Source: a virus (Duplodnaviria; Heunggongvirae; Uroviricota; Caudoviricetes). Taken from it: a stretch of DNA of 64,000 nucleotides. The stretch's first letter is position 1, and every line of letters starts with the position of its first letter. The position numbers and the translations under genes are program-made. The stretch is from IMG/VR virus record IMGVR_UViG_3300006147_000007. One strand, given 5' to 3'. The notes under the pieces were generated by a model. It was not told where the DNA came from and did no database searches. It saw only the letters and a list, made by a program, of their open reading frames with translations. Below, piece by piece: positions 37,025 through 47,504 of the stretch.

Positions 37025-39001
37025 TTATGAAATCCGTACACTTATACGGCATTTACCGATGTTCTTGAAACTGGCGAATAATCCGGCTCCTGCACCGATA
37101 GTTCCCAAAGGAGTTAAAACAGATACAAGTTTTGTCGCACCCTGAACTATACTATTCAACAATTTTACAAATGACTTTAAATCATCTGATTTAATCATAC
37201 TGTTGACAAGTTCCGTCCAACTATTGGATAACTCATTAAGAGAACCTGTTAAATTTGTAGCTGATTTGTTTGCTTCTTCTAAAGCGCTCCCTGAACCTTC
37301 AGAATAATCAATAAGCATTTTATCAAACATATTTATGTTCTGAAGAAGCGCAGATAATTTGTTAGCCTGATATTTACCACCAACATTTGTTAAAATTTCT
37401 GCTCTTAACGGGTCATCTTCATCTAGCTGATTAAATGTTTTTGCCAAATCCCTTATTATATTAATGGGATTACGGAGTTTTTCTGTTCCATTGACAAATT
37501 CCGTCATAGAAGCATTAGCCTTAGTTAGTGTATTAGTGATTTTATCTGATGTTACATTTTGTAAATTGATAAGCAGAGATTTAATACTATTACCCACTTC
37601 TGAACCACCAGATTTAGTAACTGATTCCATAGTACCAATCATTGCTGATAAATCTTCAATAGCTACATTATAACTGGAGGCAACAGTTCCAGCTTCGCTC
37701 ATGGCGATTGCCATATCCTCTAATGCTACGCTGTTGCGATTTGAGATACTGTTCTGACCATCTAATACTTCATTTATCTTACTTGCTTCACCATTGAACT
37801 TATATGCAGCATTTGTTGCTATAACATATTTATCTGCAATATCTTGTGCCATATCACCAGCAGACTGTGCAAGTAATGACTGTTCTGCCATTGCTTTTCC
37901 TTTTTCTCCATAGAATCCTGATTGTGACATGCTTTGAACACCAGATAAATAATCACTGGCAACTCTACCATATTTACTTGCAGTATTATATGATTCTTCT
38001 CCTAATTGTTTTAATTCTTTGGTAGTTAAATCCGATGTTTTACTAACTTCGGTTAAAATATCATCAAGTTCTTTAATTTCTGAAATTGAATTTTTTATCT
38101 GCGAAACTACAAGCATAACACTAGAACTTACAGAAAGCCATTGTGAAAATCCTTGCGCAGCTTCTTTAAATTGATTGGTTAGTGAAGCACCTAATCTGTT
38201 AATTCCACGCATAGAATTTTCAGTTTCCTTAAAGCCTCTGGAAATCTGCTCAAATTCCATTTTAGTCATTTGTACATTCAAATTACGGAGGCTTGCTATA
38301 TATGCTTCGTTTTTGGATATAGCATCTTTAGTAGCATTACTATTTTTTTGATTCCATGCTTCAATCGCGTTTGCCTTTGTTAATCTTTGATGTATACTTA
38401 TATATCCCTTTGCAGAAGATTGTAATTTTGTGTATTCATTACTTGATTCAGCTAATTCTTTCTGCAATTTATCATTAAGCGAAATAATTTCCTGATAATT
38501 GCTTTTGTCAAAGGGCTGATTAACCCTTGTTTTTAATGCTTCAAGTGCTGATGAAACTTTTGAGGTTTTTTCGGTAATTTGATCTTCTGTTAATCCAAGA
38601 CTTCTATATTGTCCTTCTAATTTTGTAAGCTGAGTAGAGTAATCATTCTTAATTCCACCATTAGATAAAAGTTGAATTTTGTTGATTTGTTCAGTTACTT
38701 TTTTTATTTCATTATTAATTTTACTGCTTGATTTACCAATTCCGTCTGTGATATTTTTGGCAATAGTATTTCCAATTTGTTGCCCAGTTTTTGTATCAAA
38801 GTTTATATTAGAAATATTTATTTTCTGATTAAGTATTCCCTCTAACTGTTTCACAATATTGGATATACTTTTCGGATCAAGTTCAGCTTGAATTTTTAAT
38901 TTATCAAGTTGTCCTTGGATTTTTCCTATATCACTATTAATATTTCCTTTAGATTTAGCTTCGTCTAATTTAGCTTGGAGTTCTATTAAAAACTCATCCA
39001 T
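37025..39001 (-). CDS. tape measure protein, TP901-family core (658 aa; the second tape-measure-like gene in this window)
   Basis: ALEDMAIAMSEAGTVASSYNVAIEDLSAMIGTMESV matches the TP901 tape-measure core; coiled-coil N-terminus; C-terminal hydrophobic LTPLGTIGAGAGLFA. Confidence 0.6.
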   Translation of the reverse strand: MDEFLIELQAKLDEAKSKGNINSDIGKIQGQLDKLKIQAELDPKSISNIVKQLEGILNQKINISNINFDTKTGQQIGNTIAKNITDGIGKSSSKINNEIKKVTEQINKIQLLSNGGIKNDYSTQLTKLEGQYRSLGLTEDQITEKTSKVSSALEALKTRVNQPFDKSNYQEIISLNDKLQKELAESSNEYTKLQSSAKGYISIHQRLTKANAIEAWNQKNSNATKDAISKNEAYIASLRNLNVQMTKMEFEQISRGFKETENSMRGINRLGASLTNQFKEAAQGFSQWLSVSSSVMLVVSQIKNSISEIKELDDILTEVSKTSDLTTKELKQLGEESYNTASKYGRVASDYLSGVQSMSQSGFYGEKGKAMAEQSLLAQSAGDMAQDIADKYVIATNAAYKFNGEASKINEVLDGQNSISNRNSVALEDMAIAMSEAGTVASSYNVAIEDLSAMIGTMESVTKSGGSEVGNSIKSLLINLQNVTSDKITNTLTKANASMTEFVNGTEKLRNPINIIRDLAKTFNQLDEDDPLRAEILTNVGGKYQANKLSALLQNINMFDKMLIDYSEGSGSALEEANKSATNLTGSLNELSNSWTELVNSMIKSDDLKSFVKLLNSIVQGATKLVSVLTPLGTIGAGAGLFASFKNIGKCRISVRIS

Positions 39002-39076
39002 ATATAAAAATTACCTCCTTCTATTTTTTGATATAAAAAATAACCGCCAATAGAAGGCGGTAGTAGTTGATAATTG

Positions 39077-39502
39077 CTATTGTTTTACATTTAATCCATT
39101 TTTCTTTAAGTTCTTTACTAAAATATCCAGTAAATTGTCGTTACACCAATCTATAAAAGTTGTCCAAAAATCTTCTGTTTCTGTCTGATAATAATCTGCT
39201 CCATGTTTGCTTTCTGATGCCCATTTTACAACTTGCCATGCATTAAAATTATTCTTATAATGCATACCTTCAATATCAATATAGATTTTAGCGGAATTAG
39301 AAGACAGCATCAACATAGCAGCGTGAGATAAAAATGTTTCAGTTCTTTTGTATATATTTGGATAGAATCCTGTATCGTGATAATATTGTTCATCAATACA
39401 TTTGTACAGTTTTTCTTTCGCTTCATTTGCTGTGTCTTTAATTGCTTCATTTATATTTTTATTCAAAGCTTTAAATAATCCTTTATATGTTTTAATTGCC
39501 AT
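39077..39502 (-). CDS. hypothetical protein (position suggests a tail assembly chaperone)
   Basis: 141-aa ORF immediately upstream of the 658-aa tape measure. Confidence 0.35.
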   Translation of the reverse strand: MAIKTYKGLFKALNKNINEAIKDTANEAKEKLYKCIDEQYYHDTGFYPNIYKRTETFLSHAAMLMLSSNSAKIYIDIEGMHYKNNFNAWQVVKWASESKHGADYYQTETEDFWTTFIDWCNDNLLDILVKNLKKNGLNVKQ

Positions 39503-39781
39503 AAGTTATAAATCACATCCAATCTGTGTTTACTTTGTACTGTTATAGTGTTATTATAATGCTAAATATTTTTATGGAGGATTATTTATATGAGTACATC
39601 ACAAGCAAAAAATTTTAGCACATGAATTAACAATTAAGTACATTGAAATTAATAGGAACGTTTTAAACGATCCGTTACTGTCTAATGTTCGTAAAATGGT
39701 AGATGAATTTGGTAATATAAACAAACAATTTTATGATGCAATTATTCAAAATGAAACATTGTCAAACCTTTATTGATATTT

Positions 39782-39979
39782 TTATCTGTTTTTATGATTT
39801 GTTACTGGCATATATCTTTCAAATTGTTCCAAAATACTATTAAATAAGCATCTTGTCTGAGAAATTGAAAATTTATTTTCAGATAAGATGCTTATGAATT
39901 CTTTTTTAATTTCATCACCAATACTTCCATACATAGTGTCTTCTGGTGGTCTTTCTTTTACTATTGTATTTTCATACAT
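39782..39979 (-). CDS. hypothetical small protein
   Basis: 65-aa ORF. Confidence 0.25.
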   Translation of the reverse strand: MYENTIVKERPPEDTMYGSIGDEIKKEFISILSENKFSISQTRCLFNSILEQFERYMPVTNHKNR

Positions 39980-40062
39980 ATTTAAAATCCTTCCTAATCA
40001 CAATAAAATGGACATTTTATTAAATATAATATTTATTATATCCAGTATTTAAGAACTGTATA

Positions 40063-41802
40063 TTATGTCAAAGTATTACTTTCCATACTATCAATTCGTT
40101 GTTCCAATTTATTTAATCGTTCAATAAGTTTAGTATTCTGTTTCTCTAAATTTCTAATTCGTTCATTTTTATCCTGCGCATTTCTCCAAAGAATAGGAAT
40201 AAACTCCTCATAACGCAAACAATAATCATATTCTCCAGTTTCTTCTTGTCCAACAACAGTCATTACTGGTTCATTATTTTCATCAAATATAATATTTCCT
40301 TCTTCGTCAGTGGCTTGCTCGATAATATCTCTCATTTGAGGTGATTTAATAAACGGCGCAAAATCTTTAGAATCAATACCCAATTCGTTTAATATTTCTT
40401 CAATTTGTTGGGCAACCATTCCAAAATGTTTTCTGCCTGATTCGTTATCTTTCAAACGATAAGAAAACACGTCTATTTTATCAACTAATTTCTCTATTAA
40501 AACAGTATCTAAATGTTCAATATCTTTTTTCTTATTTCTATCTGAGATAACAGATACAGCAGTGGCAAGATATAAAGAGTTATAGTAATAACCACTACTG
40601 CCAAGTACTGTTTTATTTGCTGTAATCGGATAAACAACTGCATTCACACCTGTATAAGCAAACCACAATCCATATCTTCTGTTTGAACAATTAATGGTCA
40701 AATGATTACCTGCACCATCAGTGGTGTTTGCGGTTACTAGGTAATTTTCTATAGCCCAACCACCTAATATTCTTTTTAAATATGTCTTTGCAATATTTTT
40801 GTCATTTTCATCACAAATAGCCTTTGTGGCAGTTGCAGCATTTCCAGTACAACTACCACTTGAACCAGTTACAGAAGTTTGTAAAGGATGCACATGGTCT
40901 TCTCTTGCATATTTTACAGAAGTACCGACAGATGCAGTTCCATTTGCTTTTGGAGCTGTGGATGCGGGAGTATAAGTAGTGTTTGCATCGTCTCTCCACG
41001 CAGGATTACCATTAGCATCTGTTTTCCATACTTTGTTTACCTGTCCGCTTCCTGAAGACACATATCCTTCACTGGATGATGAATTTGCCTTCCATGTGTT
41101 ATTATCTGTTATTTTAAAGCCACTGTCATTAGTAAGTTCACTTGTCTTTGTTGGGATGGTTGGTTTATTACTCAAATCATTATAAGAACCACTAAATGCA
41201 ACTGTTTTTAAATCAGAGAAAAATTTCATTATTTTTCCTAATATAATAGAAAGTTTTTCTCCTGGTTGTATATTTGTTCGTTCTGTAGATTCTGTAAATG
41301 TCTGAATTGAATTTGATGAAAGTATAGATTCCCAATCATCACTCCATTTATTATAAAGGAGATTGTACATTCGTATATAAATTCCATCATATCTTTGTTG
41401 CAGAAAACTAACTTCACCACCACCATTATTATCACCCACACTAATTCTCAAATACCCTCCAGCTATTTTACACGCACCTATTAAATACAATTTAAACCAC
41501 GGAGAAGACATGCTTATATTTCCGCTGTTATAATAATATATTGTGTTAGATTCTAATCCTGCAATAAAATCTTCTATTGTCGTATGTTCTAATATATAAT
41601 CATCTGTAAGTATTTTTACAGTCCCACAATCAGCATATTCCAATTCATTCCAATGTAATACACCATCCCCTATTTTATACTTTCCATATTTATCGGAAGA
41701 GTATGCCAATTGTCCAGCTAATAGGACAGGATTATTAATTTCCCAATTTTCTTCTATATCATATGCTTGTTTATGTTTTGCTTTTACAATTGTTTCTTCC
41801 AT
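40063..41802 (-). CDS. tail fibre with a hyaluronidase-type N-terminal motif and a C-terminal peptidase-S74 chaperone domain
   Basis: N-terminus [38 protein letters not shown]-terminus [56 protein letters not shown] fits the S74 consensus. Confidence 0.6.
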   Translation of the reverse strand: MEETIVKAKHKQAYDIEENWEINNPVLLAGQLAYSSDKYGKYKIGDGVLHWNELEYADCGTVKILTDDYILEHTTIEDFIAGLESNTIYYYNSGNISMSSPWFKLYLIGACKIAGGYLRISVGDNNGGGEVSFLQQRYDGIYIRMYNLLYNKWSDDWESILSSNSIQTFTESTERTNIQPGEKLSIILGKIMKFFSDLKTVAFSGSYNDLSNKPTIPTKTSELTNDSGFKITDNNTWKANSSSSEGYVSSGSGQVNKVWKTDANGNPAWRDDANTTYTPASTAPKANGTASVGTSVKYAREDHVHPLQTSVTGSSGSCTGNAATATKAICDENDKNIAKTYLKRILGGWAIENYLVTANTTDGAGNHLTINCSNRRYGLWFAYTGVNAVVYPITANKTVLGSSGYYYNSLYLATAVSVISDRNKKKDIEHLDTVLIEKLVDKIDVFSYRLKDNESGRKHFGMVAQQIEEILNELGIDSKDFAPFIKSPQMRDIIEQATDEEGNIIFDENNEPVMTVVGQEETGEYDYCLRYEEFIPILWRNAQDKNERIRNLEKQNTKLIERLNKLEQRIDSMESNTLT

Positions 41803-41886
41803 TTTATATCACCTTTCAAATATAAGGATATAATAAATGCTGTGAGTTAAAACTAACACACAGCACCATTTGATTATATAGTTTCA

Positions 41887-42816
41887 TTAGATTGCGCTGT
41901 TTCCACCATCTAAAATCAGAACATTTTCTCCATTTTTTAAAATATCAGTGGAAATTTCTGTGATATCAACTGCATTGGTTGCATCTTTTGTCAATACTGC
42001 TCCGTTTATTTTTACATCACTGACTGCGTTTTTTGCCTTCTCTAATGTATCCTGTACATCTTGTTCCAATTTTTCTTTTGTTACATTGCCATCTTTAATC
42101 TTACTTGTAATAACAGCATCATCAGCCAATGCATCTGAACCCACAGAACCGTTTACAATTGTAGCGGAAATTTCTCTTGTAACTGGATCGATTGCAAGCT
42201 GAATCTGCGTGGCGTTAAGTTTTACTTTATAACTTGTAATTAAGTTTTCTACATTGATATATAATTTGTCAGATGTAGTGTTTGCAATAGTTAATACAAT
42301 ATATGTACCTATTTTTGTAACTCCATCAGGTAATGCTTCCTCATCGGTAAACGTCTGTACATCACCAGATGTCACCACCATATCTTTCGGAATATCAATA
42401 ATACCGATAACTTTATCATTTCCATCTTCATCGACACCCTGCTTAACAGTATAAGATTTTGCATATCCATCTGTTGTATTTGTTGTATCAATAGTTACTT
42501 TCCCAGCAGACTTAATTGTCTCAACTAATTCATTAATTGCTTTAACAATACTTGTCTTATCTGTTGTTTCTAAAGCTGTTAAATCTCCAATTAATTCAGT
42601 AATTGCAGTTAAATCAGATGGTCTTACATTTAATATTTTCAAGTTATCAAATGTATCAACACCATTACCAACTTTTAAAATTGGTTCTTTTACAGTATCA
42701 GTAGGAAATAGAATACCAATTTCTCCCTTCAATAAAACTTTTGAAGATGCCCCCCAGTTTATTTCCGTGTCATTACAAATTAAAATACGTGTATCTAATG
42801 TTGTTGTGTTTGCCAT
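41887..42816 (-). CDS. tail fibre paralog (N-terminal domain only; no S74 domain)
   Basis: N-terminus EINWGASSKVLLKGEIGILFPTDTVKEPILKVGNGVDTFDNL shares the W..N.VLL.GE.G...DT...K.GDG motif with the gene at 40063-41802. Confidence 0.4.
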   Translation of the reverse strand: MANTTTLDTRILICNDTEINWGASSKVLLKGEIGILFPTDTVKEPILKVGNGVDTFDNLKILNVRPSDLTAITELIGDLTALETTDKTSIVKAINELVETIKSAGKVTIDTTNTTDGYAKSYTVKQGVDEDGNDKVIGIIDIPKDMVVTSGDVQTFTDEEALPDGVTKIGTYIVLTIANTTSDKLYINVENLITSYKVKLNATQIQLAIDPVTREISATIVNGSVGSDALADDAVITSKIKDGNVTKEKLEQDVQDTLEKAKNAVSDVKINGAVLTKDATNAVDITEISTDILKNGENVLILDGGNSAI

Positions 42817-42896
42817 AATGCAAATCCTCCTTAAAATATATTGTAAATAAAAAAATCACTGTATAATAACAGTGACAGATTTCAGTAATAATATTT

Positions 42897-43160
42897 TTAA
42901 CTATCTTTGCTTGTCCCACCGGAAATAATATCTATATTTTCATAATTCTTTCCAATACAGAAATATTTCATTTTATTATTATCCCATCTGTATACAGAAT
43001 TATTTTCTGTGTCAATATAAAATAAATTTGAATTACCAATGGAAGGGAAGAGTAGATAGTTCTGTTTTTCTACTACATTTTCACTTTTGGAAGAAATTAA
43101 TTCTTTTATCTTTTTGTCATAATAAGTAAATTCTTCCATGTATAATACTTTATCTTCCAT
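42897..43160 (-). CDS. hypothetical protein
   Basis: Start moved to the ATG (MEDKVLYMEEF...) five nt after AGGGGTGA; this removes the overlap with the upstream gene. Confidence 0.3.
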   Translation of the reverse strand: MEDKVLYMEEFTYYDKKIKELISSKSENVVEKQNYLLFPSIGNSNLFYIDTENNSVYRWDNNKMKYFCIGKNYENIDIISGGTSKDS

Positions 43161-43170
43161 AATATCACCC

Positions 43171-43509
43171 CTAACTACTAAACAGTAAATCAATATCGTC
43201 TTTAGTAATTCTTTGTGGTTTTTCTGTTACAGTTCCGCCTCCGCCGCTACTAGTACTAGTTGAGTATTGCTTCCATGTATTTGTGTCTTTGCTTAAAATC
43301 CATGTAGTTGAATTTTCTAAGCAGACACATTCGCTGCCATGGGCACACGGGGAGGATGATACAGTATCATTTTCCTGTTTTTCTCCTTCAATACCTACTC
43401 TCGGAAGTTTTTTAATATCAGATAAATAATCACACATAAATTTTCTGTAATTACTATAATTATGATATGTTCCTGTTTCCTGAATCCAATATGATATGAT
43501 AGTCACCAC
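43171..43509 (-). CDS. hypothetical protein with a Gly/Ser/Thr-rich C-terminus
   Basis: 112-aa ORF downstream of the DUF262 gene. Confidence 0.3.
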   Translation of the reverse strand: MVTIISYWIQETGTYHNYSNYRKFMCDYLSDIKKLPRVGIEGEKQENDTVSSSPCAHGSECVCLENSTTWILSKDTNTWKQYSTSTSSGGGGTVTEKPQRITKDDIDLLFSS

Positions 43510-43574
43510 CTTTTAAATAAAATAAGCTGCATACTCATATGAGTAGCAGCCTTATAAAAAATAGTATTCATGTT

Positions 43575-44546
43575 TTAAAGTTTACGAATAATTTCTCTCC
43601 AGTAATCCAAACGACCAGCTACATTTACATTATTGCTGGTTCCTTGTAAACAGAATTGTTTATATGCTTCATTTGTATCGTAATTAGCAAGAAAATCGTT
43701 AATAACATCAACTAATTTCTGTACAGATTTATTATCCTTAATCACACGCATCATCGCATATATAATAAAACTTATGGATGTTTTAGGGATTTTAACATTT
43801 TCATCAAATGCGTTATCAAGTTCTGTTAGTGCTGCTTTAATATCCTCGATTTTTTCATCATCGATCTCATAATTTAAAATAAAATTTTCCATGTCCTTTG
43901 CTCTGAATGAAGTAACAGGATTGTCTTTTGAAGCTTCAGAAAGCATTAACACTTCACGGCAAATATCACGGTCTACATCTTTTTTTATTTGTGTAGGAGT
44001 TAAAACTTTTTTGACGAATGGATAAGATGAAAGTTCAAATAGGAGATGAGTCAATTCTTTGCTCTGTAAACTTGTCATTTTCTGCGATGGTTTTAATGCT
44101 GTACCTGCATTTTGTCTTCGGAACATTTCACGGACATCCTCATCAGTATACTCAGTTATTTCATATATCTGCAATTCAGAATTGCGGAGGGCTTCCTGTG
44201 TATCCTCATCCATCTTTTTGAAACGCAGTCCAGCTATATTTTTCTCTTCCCCATTTATTACCACTGGTTTTAAATTTTTAGACAAAGCAAATTTTGAATC
44301 AAGAAAGTCCCTGATTGTAGAAAGTCTTTGCACACCATCAATAATAGCAAGGACGCCGTTTTCTTTTACAGCATAAGTAGGATTGATAGGATAATTCCTT
44401 AACAGGCTGTCAATCAAGTCCGACTTTTGTCTTGCATTCCATGCTCCTTCTTTTCTTTGCAGATCATGGGAGAGAAGTATCTTTGAAGATTTTGTGATAC
44501 CTTTGTATAACGCTTGAAGTGTCCTTGTGCGACATGTGAATTCCAT
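43575..44546 (-). CDS. standalone DUF262 / ParB-like (GmrSD N-terminal type) nuclease-domain protein
   Basis: VLAIIDGVQRLSTIRDF carries the DGQQR-type motif of DUF262; 323 aa with no DUF1524/HNH partner domain. Confidence 0.55.
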   Translation of the reverse strand: MEFTCRTRTLQALYKGITKSSKILLSHDLQRKEGAWNARQKSDLIDSLLRNYPINPTYAVKENGVLAIIDGVQRLSTIRDFLDSKFALSKNLKPVVINGEEKNIAGLRFKKMDEDTQEALRNSELQIYEITEYTDEDVREMFRRQNAGTALKPSQKMTSLQSKELTHLLFELSSYPFVKKVLTPTQIKKDVDRDICREVLMLSEASKDNPVTSFRAKDMENFILNYEIDDEKIEDIKAALTELDNAFDENVKIPKTSISFIIYAMMRVIKDNKSVQKLVDVINDFLANYDTNEAYKQFCLQGTSNNVNVAGRLDYWREIIRKL

Positions 44547-44627
44547 ATTTTATACCTCCAGTTTGGTAAATTTTAGTTACTTTGATGGTAGTACAAGATA
44601 CGAAAAATGTCAATGATTTATGAAAAA

Positions 44628-44906
44628 TTATTTATTTTTTCTTTTCATTTCTTCCATCTTTTCGGCATGGGCAATATCAGCAATATGCGAGTAATAGGCA
44701 GTAGTAAGATCAGGATTATTTGCAATTTTCTTAATGTTTTCAATTCCTTCTGTCAGGAATTCAGGGTCTAAAATTCCACTTGCTGAGATACTATCCGATA
44801 TATCAGATATAATTGTAGCAAAATTATTTAACTTTTTTAATGTATCCAATAATAATTTACGGGCTTCTCTTTTTACTGCGAAATATTCTTTTATTTTTCT
44901 TAACAT
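44628..44906 (-). CDS. hypothetical protein
   Basis: 92-aa ORF. Confidence 0.3.
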   Translation of the reverse strand: MLRKIKEYFAVKREARKLLLDTLKKLNNFATIISDISDSISASGILDPEFLTEGIENIKKIANNPDLTTAYYSHIADIAHAEKMEEMKRKNK

Positions 44907-45009
44907 AATCTCCTCCGTTATTTTGAAATTGTAATTATCCAGTTATAATTATCATTTGTTTCAATGTAGAAATTGCTATCACATGGATTATCTATTTCCC
45001 ATGAATACA

Positions 45010-45444
45010 TTAATGAGTAATCACCTCTATCTCAGTCCTTGGATTATCTTTATCTACGTGACATTTAATTGTTAAACTATGTATATGTTCTCTGTCATCA
45101 TCTACTAAGAAGCCACATTCTACAAATCCGTCATGGATAAATTTTGGAGTAAAATTATCTGGGTCTGTTCTTCGTTTTGTTGGGTGATAAATATCATAAA
45201 TTATATCAATATTGTCTAATTGCATATTTTCATAACCAAGATCTTTAATCCACCAAATTATGAAATTTTTCCACGACTGTTTTAATGCATTCATCTGAAT
45301 TCTTGGCTTGATTGCCCAAACGTTTACAGATGGATGATACGGATGTTCGATTTGTTTCTTTTTAGCTCTTGGATGATTTGAAAAATAATATTGATTGTAT
45401 TTTTCAATTACATTAGTATCTATAGTTAATTTTATTGTTTTCAC
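45010..45444 (-). CDS. rusA: RusA-family Holliday junction resolvase
   Basis: HPTKRRTDPDNFTPKFIHDGFVECGFLVDDDREHIHSLTIKCHVDKDNPRTEIEVI parallels E. coli RusA [38 protein letters not shown]...RLELTI. Confidence 0.55.
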   Translation of the reverse strand: MKTIKLTIDTNVIEKYNQYYFSNHPRAKKKQIEHPYHPSVNVWAIKPRIQMNALKQSWKNFIIWWIKDLGYENMQLDNIDIIYDIYHPTKRRTDPDNFTPKFIHDGFVECGFLVDDDREHIHSLTIKCHVDKDNPRTEIEVITH

Positions 45445-45508
45445 TCCTATTTCTTTACATAATAAACTAAGAGCAATCTCGCAATGAAACTGCTCTTTTA
45501 TTTATTGT

Positions 45509-46225
45509 TTATATTTTCTTTGTGTATTTCAAACAAATCCAACCTTTATCTGTTTTTCCCCATGTTTTAGCTGTATTGTATTTGATAATTTCCACAATAG
45601 TATTATTTTTATACTTTCCTAAGCGTGTAGAAGAAGTATTTGCTTTTTCTCTTATAACCAACCCTGAAGAAGTATTAACTTTATATTTTGGATATTTAAC
45701 GGTATTTGTTACTTTATCTGTAACAGCACTTGTTGTATTGATTACTTTATATTTAGGTCTTGCAAATCCACGGATAACAGATTTGGAACGGATTCTGCGC
45801 ATGACAGAACCTCCGTTATCATTACTTGAAAGGCTCGTATTCCCCTCAATAACAGTATATGTACCATCTGAATTCTTCTTTTCTACAATACCAATATGTG
45901 AAGCCCGTCCTTTACCAAAGTCCATTAAACACAAATCACCTTTTTTACCTTTAGTGTTTGAATACCATCTATTGATTTTTTTATAGTATGATTCAACAGT
46001 GGGACAGTAGGCAACTTTTTCCCCGCCGCAAAATAAATTAGCTGCACCAGTAATATAGAATAACCATGCTATAAAAGCACAACACCACGGATATGCAGCT
46101 CCAGAAACTTCTCTACCATAGTACCACGTATTATATTTTACTTTATTGGAATTGGCGGGTTTTTCCTTAACCCCAATTTCTTTAATAGCCTTGTTTACTA
46201 TTTTCTTTGCTGTAATTGTAGCCAT
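45509..46225 (-). CDS. endolysin: CHAP-domain peptidoglycan hydrolase with a C-terminal SH3b binding domain
   Basis: Cys in AYPWCCAFIAW and His in GRASHIGIV form the CHAP dyad. The C-terminus has SH3b-like KYKVNTSSGLVIREKANTSS...GWICLKY. Start at the ATG (MATITAKK) four nt after AAAGGAG. Confidence 0.7.
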   Translation of the reverse strand: MATITAKKIVNKAIKEIGVKEKPANSNKVKYNTWYYGREVSGAAYPWCCAFIAWLFYITGAANLFCGGEKVAYCPTVESYYKKINRWYSNTKGKKGDLCLMDFGKGRASHIGIVEKKNSDGTYTVIEGNTSLSSNDNGGSVMRRIRSKSVIRGFARPKYKVINTTSAVTDKVTNTVKYPKYKVNTSSGLVIREKANTSSTRLGKYKNNTIVEIIKYNTAKTWGKTDKGWICLKYTKKI

Positions 46226-46261
46226 ATTACTCCTTTCCGCAAACACAAAAGACATCAATAT

Positions 46262-46813
46262 TTAATCAATGACTTTCCAGGTCTGCATTTCTGGTTCCAC
46301 TACGCTATGAACAAATGAATTTTTTCCGCCGTGTGCCTCATACTGGCTGATTAAACCTTCTAAAGATTCTTTTTCCATATGGTTCCAGTATGGGACAGGG
46401 GTTTCATCAGAATATTTTCTTTCATTATAATAGCGATAGCTGTCTCCAATTTTATCTTTATATTCTGCAAGTTTGTCTTCATCCTGTATTTTTCGCATTT
46501 CAAAAATAGACGTGGATAAGGAGTCTACTTTTTTATTTATATTTGATATATTATCTTGCAAAATTTTATCATGACTATTTGATTCATTTACATCATGTTC
46601 ATGCTTATGCTGCAATGTAGTCAAGTTTTGTATTGTCTGCATTAATAATTCGTGATCCTGATTTTTCTTTCGAATCCACAGCATTGGTTTTCCAATGATT
46701 TCAGAAAATTTACCTATAATAGAGAACATTGCAATTACTGCTGACATGATAATGAAAATGCCCAATATTAATGACGTAATATCCTGTTTAAGTAATAAAT
46801 TTATTGCATCCAT
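46262..46813 (-). CDS. membrane-anchored protein in the lysis cassette (holin accessory or spanin-like?)
   Basis: One N-terminal TM helix, then a charged cytoplasmic or periplasmic domain; sits between holin and endolysin. Confidence 0.35.
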   Translation of the reverse strand: MDAINLLLKQDITSLILGIFIIMSAVIAMFSIIGKFSEIIGKPMLWIRKKNQDHELLMQTIQNLTTLQHKHEHDVNESNSHDKILQDNISNINKKVDSLSTSIFEMRKIQDEDKLAEYKDKIGDSYRYYNERKYSDETPVPYWNHMEKESLEGLISQYEAHGGKNSFVHSVVEPEMQTWKVID

Positions 46814-46832
46814 TCATAATATACCATCCTTA

Positions 46833-47126
46833 TCATTTTCTATTAGTAATCTGCTTAACACATTGTACGATCTTATCATATCCAAGCATTGAACCTGTTG
46901 CGCTTGATAATCCCATTAGTAACATGCAAATAATATTGTTTGCTGTATAGGAAATATCATTAAATTGATATACAATTGCTGTAGTAGTAATACCAACGAT
47001 TAATCCAATTACTAAAGCAATAATATTATTTGGAAAATTATCAAGAAGTTTTTTCCCTACTTCTGTTAATAATCCGGTTACTAAACTGCATATAAATAGC
47101 AGTTCAAGAAATAATGTAACTGTCAT
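46833..47126 (-). CDS. holin (3-TM, 97 aa)
   Basis: Three hydrophobic helices and a charged C-terminus, adjacent to the endolysin. Confidence 0.5.
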   Translation of the reverse strand: MTVTLFLELLFICSLVTGLLTEVGKKLLDNFPNNIIALVIGLIVGITTTAIVYQFNDISYTANNIICMLLMGLSSATGSMLGYDKIVQCVKQITNRK

Positions 47127-47132
47127 AATTAA

Positions 47133-47480
47133 TCATTCCTCGCTTTCTTCAGAAATTTCATCACCATTTAACTGTTTCTTCAATTTAATATTTTCTTCAT
47201 TCTGTTTTGCCAGAAATGCCTTACCCATTTGTCCTAAAAATGTCACACTGTATCCTGTGATTAATACCATTGCAAATTTTGTGTAATTGGAAAATAACAT
47301 AGAACACATTTTATAGCTTAAGCCATAATGAAAATGGAAGAGTAATAGTTCCTGACTCAGAAATGGATAAAATATAAGCAGAATAAATACGATTACTGTG
47401 AATCTTGCCATCCATTTTTTTGTGTATTCATTTTCGTGTGAGAAAATAAATTGAAAGAATTTTTTTATTTTATTTTTCAT
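47133..47480 (-). CDS. small 2-TM membrane protein with an acidic C-terminus
   Basis: 115-aa ORF upstream of the holin. Confidence 0.35.
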   Translation of the reverse strand: MKNKIKKFFQFIFSHENEYTKKWMARFTVIVFILLIFYPFLSQELLLFHFHYGLSYKMCSMLFSNYTKFAMVLITGYSVTFLGQMGKAFLAKQNEENIKLKKQLNGDEISEESEE

Positions 47481-47504
47481 TCTGTTTCCTTTTTAATATA
47501 CCAA

